Assembly (NCBI GenBank): GCA_030827135.1 | Contig: JAURFE010000002.1 | Coordinates: 146,715-210,714, forward strand | Reading direction: 5' to 3' | DNA length: 64,000 bases | From: Vicinamibacterales bacterium | GTDB taxonomy: Bacteria; Acidobacteriota; Vicinamibacteria; Vicinamibacterales; SCN-69-37 | Shown: in pieces, positions 62,030 to 64,000 of the stretch | Position numbering within the stretch: the first letter of the stretch is position 1 | How the letters are laid out: every line of letters begins with the position of its first letter | The notes under the pieces: model-generated | What the model was told of the DNA's origin: nothing | Database searches by the model: none | The model's input: the letters and a program-made list of their open reading frames with translations, nothing else | Program-made: the position numbers and the translations under genes

Positions 62030-62684
62030 GATGGTGGTGGTCGGGGTGAAGCCCGTCGAAACACGACGGGCAGATGCTGTGCGTGAACTCGGCCGATGAG
62101 TGCGCAGAGACGTACGCCTCGACCTGCGTCCAGTAGCCGTTGTCGTCACGAATTTTCTTGCAGGACGCGCAGATGGGCCACAGGCGCTTGAGTGGCTGGG
62201 TCTGCGCCTCCACGAGGCCGATGCTGTTGAGCGGCACGGCGATGGCGTGCATGTCGTCAGCCCTCTCGCGAATCGCGAGGCCCCGCTGAAACGCGGCCAG
62301 CGCATTCGCAAAATCATTCATCACGAAATACACCAGGCCCAGCGTGTTCAGGCCCTGGGCCTCCCCATAATCGTCCCCGGCCTGGGCGAACAGCCGACTG
62401 GACTCGGTGGCGTGTTTCCTGGCCAGCTCCAGCTGACTCTGGTTGCGATAGGCGTAGGCAATCAAGTTGAGGGCCTCGGCCTCTCCCCGGAGGTCTTTCG
62501 CTGCTCGTGCGGCCGCCTGGGCCTGCTGGGCGAGACTCAGCAAGCGCGCAGGATCGGTTTCGCTGAGGGCTTTGGCCTCCGCATTGAGCTGGGCCACCGG
62601 TCCTGTCGCGCCACGCTGGGCTGCCGCGCCCACCGGCGCCAGGCAGACAAGGCAAAAGAGGCCACCAGTGAGCAGGACGCGCAT
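62010..62684 (-). CDS. Signal peptide + TPR + C-terminal CxxC...CxxC domain; possibly internally deleted
   Basis: [24 protein letters not shown] TPRs run straight into [39 protein letters not shown]. Confidence 0.65.
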   Translation of the reverse strand: MRVLLTGGLFCLVCLAPVGAAAQRGATGPVAQLNAEAKALSETDPARLLSLAQQAQAAARAAKDLRGEAEALNLIAYAYRNQSQLELARKHATESSRLFAQAGDDYGEAQGLNTLGLVYFVMNDFANALAAFQRGLAIRERADDMHAIAVPLNSIGLVEAQTQPLKRLWPICASCKKIRDDNGYWTQVEAYVSAHSSAEFTHSICPSCFDGLHPDHHHHEQPPS

Positions 62685-62708
62685 CGCGCAAGAATGTATC
62701 ATCGTGGG

Positions 62709-64000
<1,292 letters not shown>

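Overview
High-GC (visually about two-thirds GC) bacterial chromosome segment, mostly housekeeping genes. Gene content and protein style suggest Acidobacteriota, probably Vicinamibacteria (inference, not checked). In order it carries: a DinG/YoaA helicase (cut by the left edge), a TPR protein, yggS, hutI, a cyclodeaminase, lepB-lepA, citrate synthase, a GT2, yceI, a decayed GMC-oxidoreductase gene pair, mutS2-dnaG-rpoD-tRNA(CAU), several single genes, a dcw cluster from mraZ to ftsZ (no murB or ddl), a glycosyltransferase/amino-sugar cluster, yqeY, murJ, a rhomboid protease, a fused 2-oxoacid dehydrogenase E1, a penicillin-acylase-family gene, Rieske/cytochrome b-c genes and typA (cut by the right edge). 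No CRISPR, prophage, transposase or integrase was seen. The most unusual signals are small repeat-derived elements. (1) A four-helix-bundle (IVP/Avd-like) gene is enclosed by 130-150 bp inverted arms of 7- and 8-nt repeats; an empty copy and a half copy of the same element surround the tRNA. (2) A 100-bp palindrome is inserted in frame in mutS2, with an intergenic relative after murJ. (3) GTAG-type REP-like palindromes occur, one of which supplies the stop codons of two convergent genes. (4) A structured leader with a terminator sits immediately before murJ. (5) rsmH probably starts at CTG.
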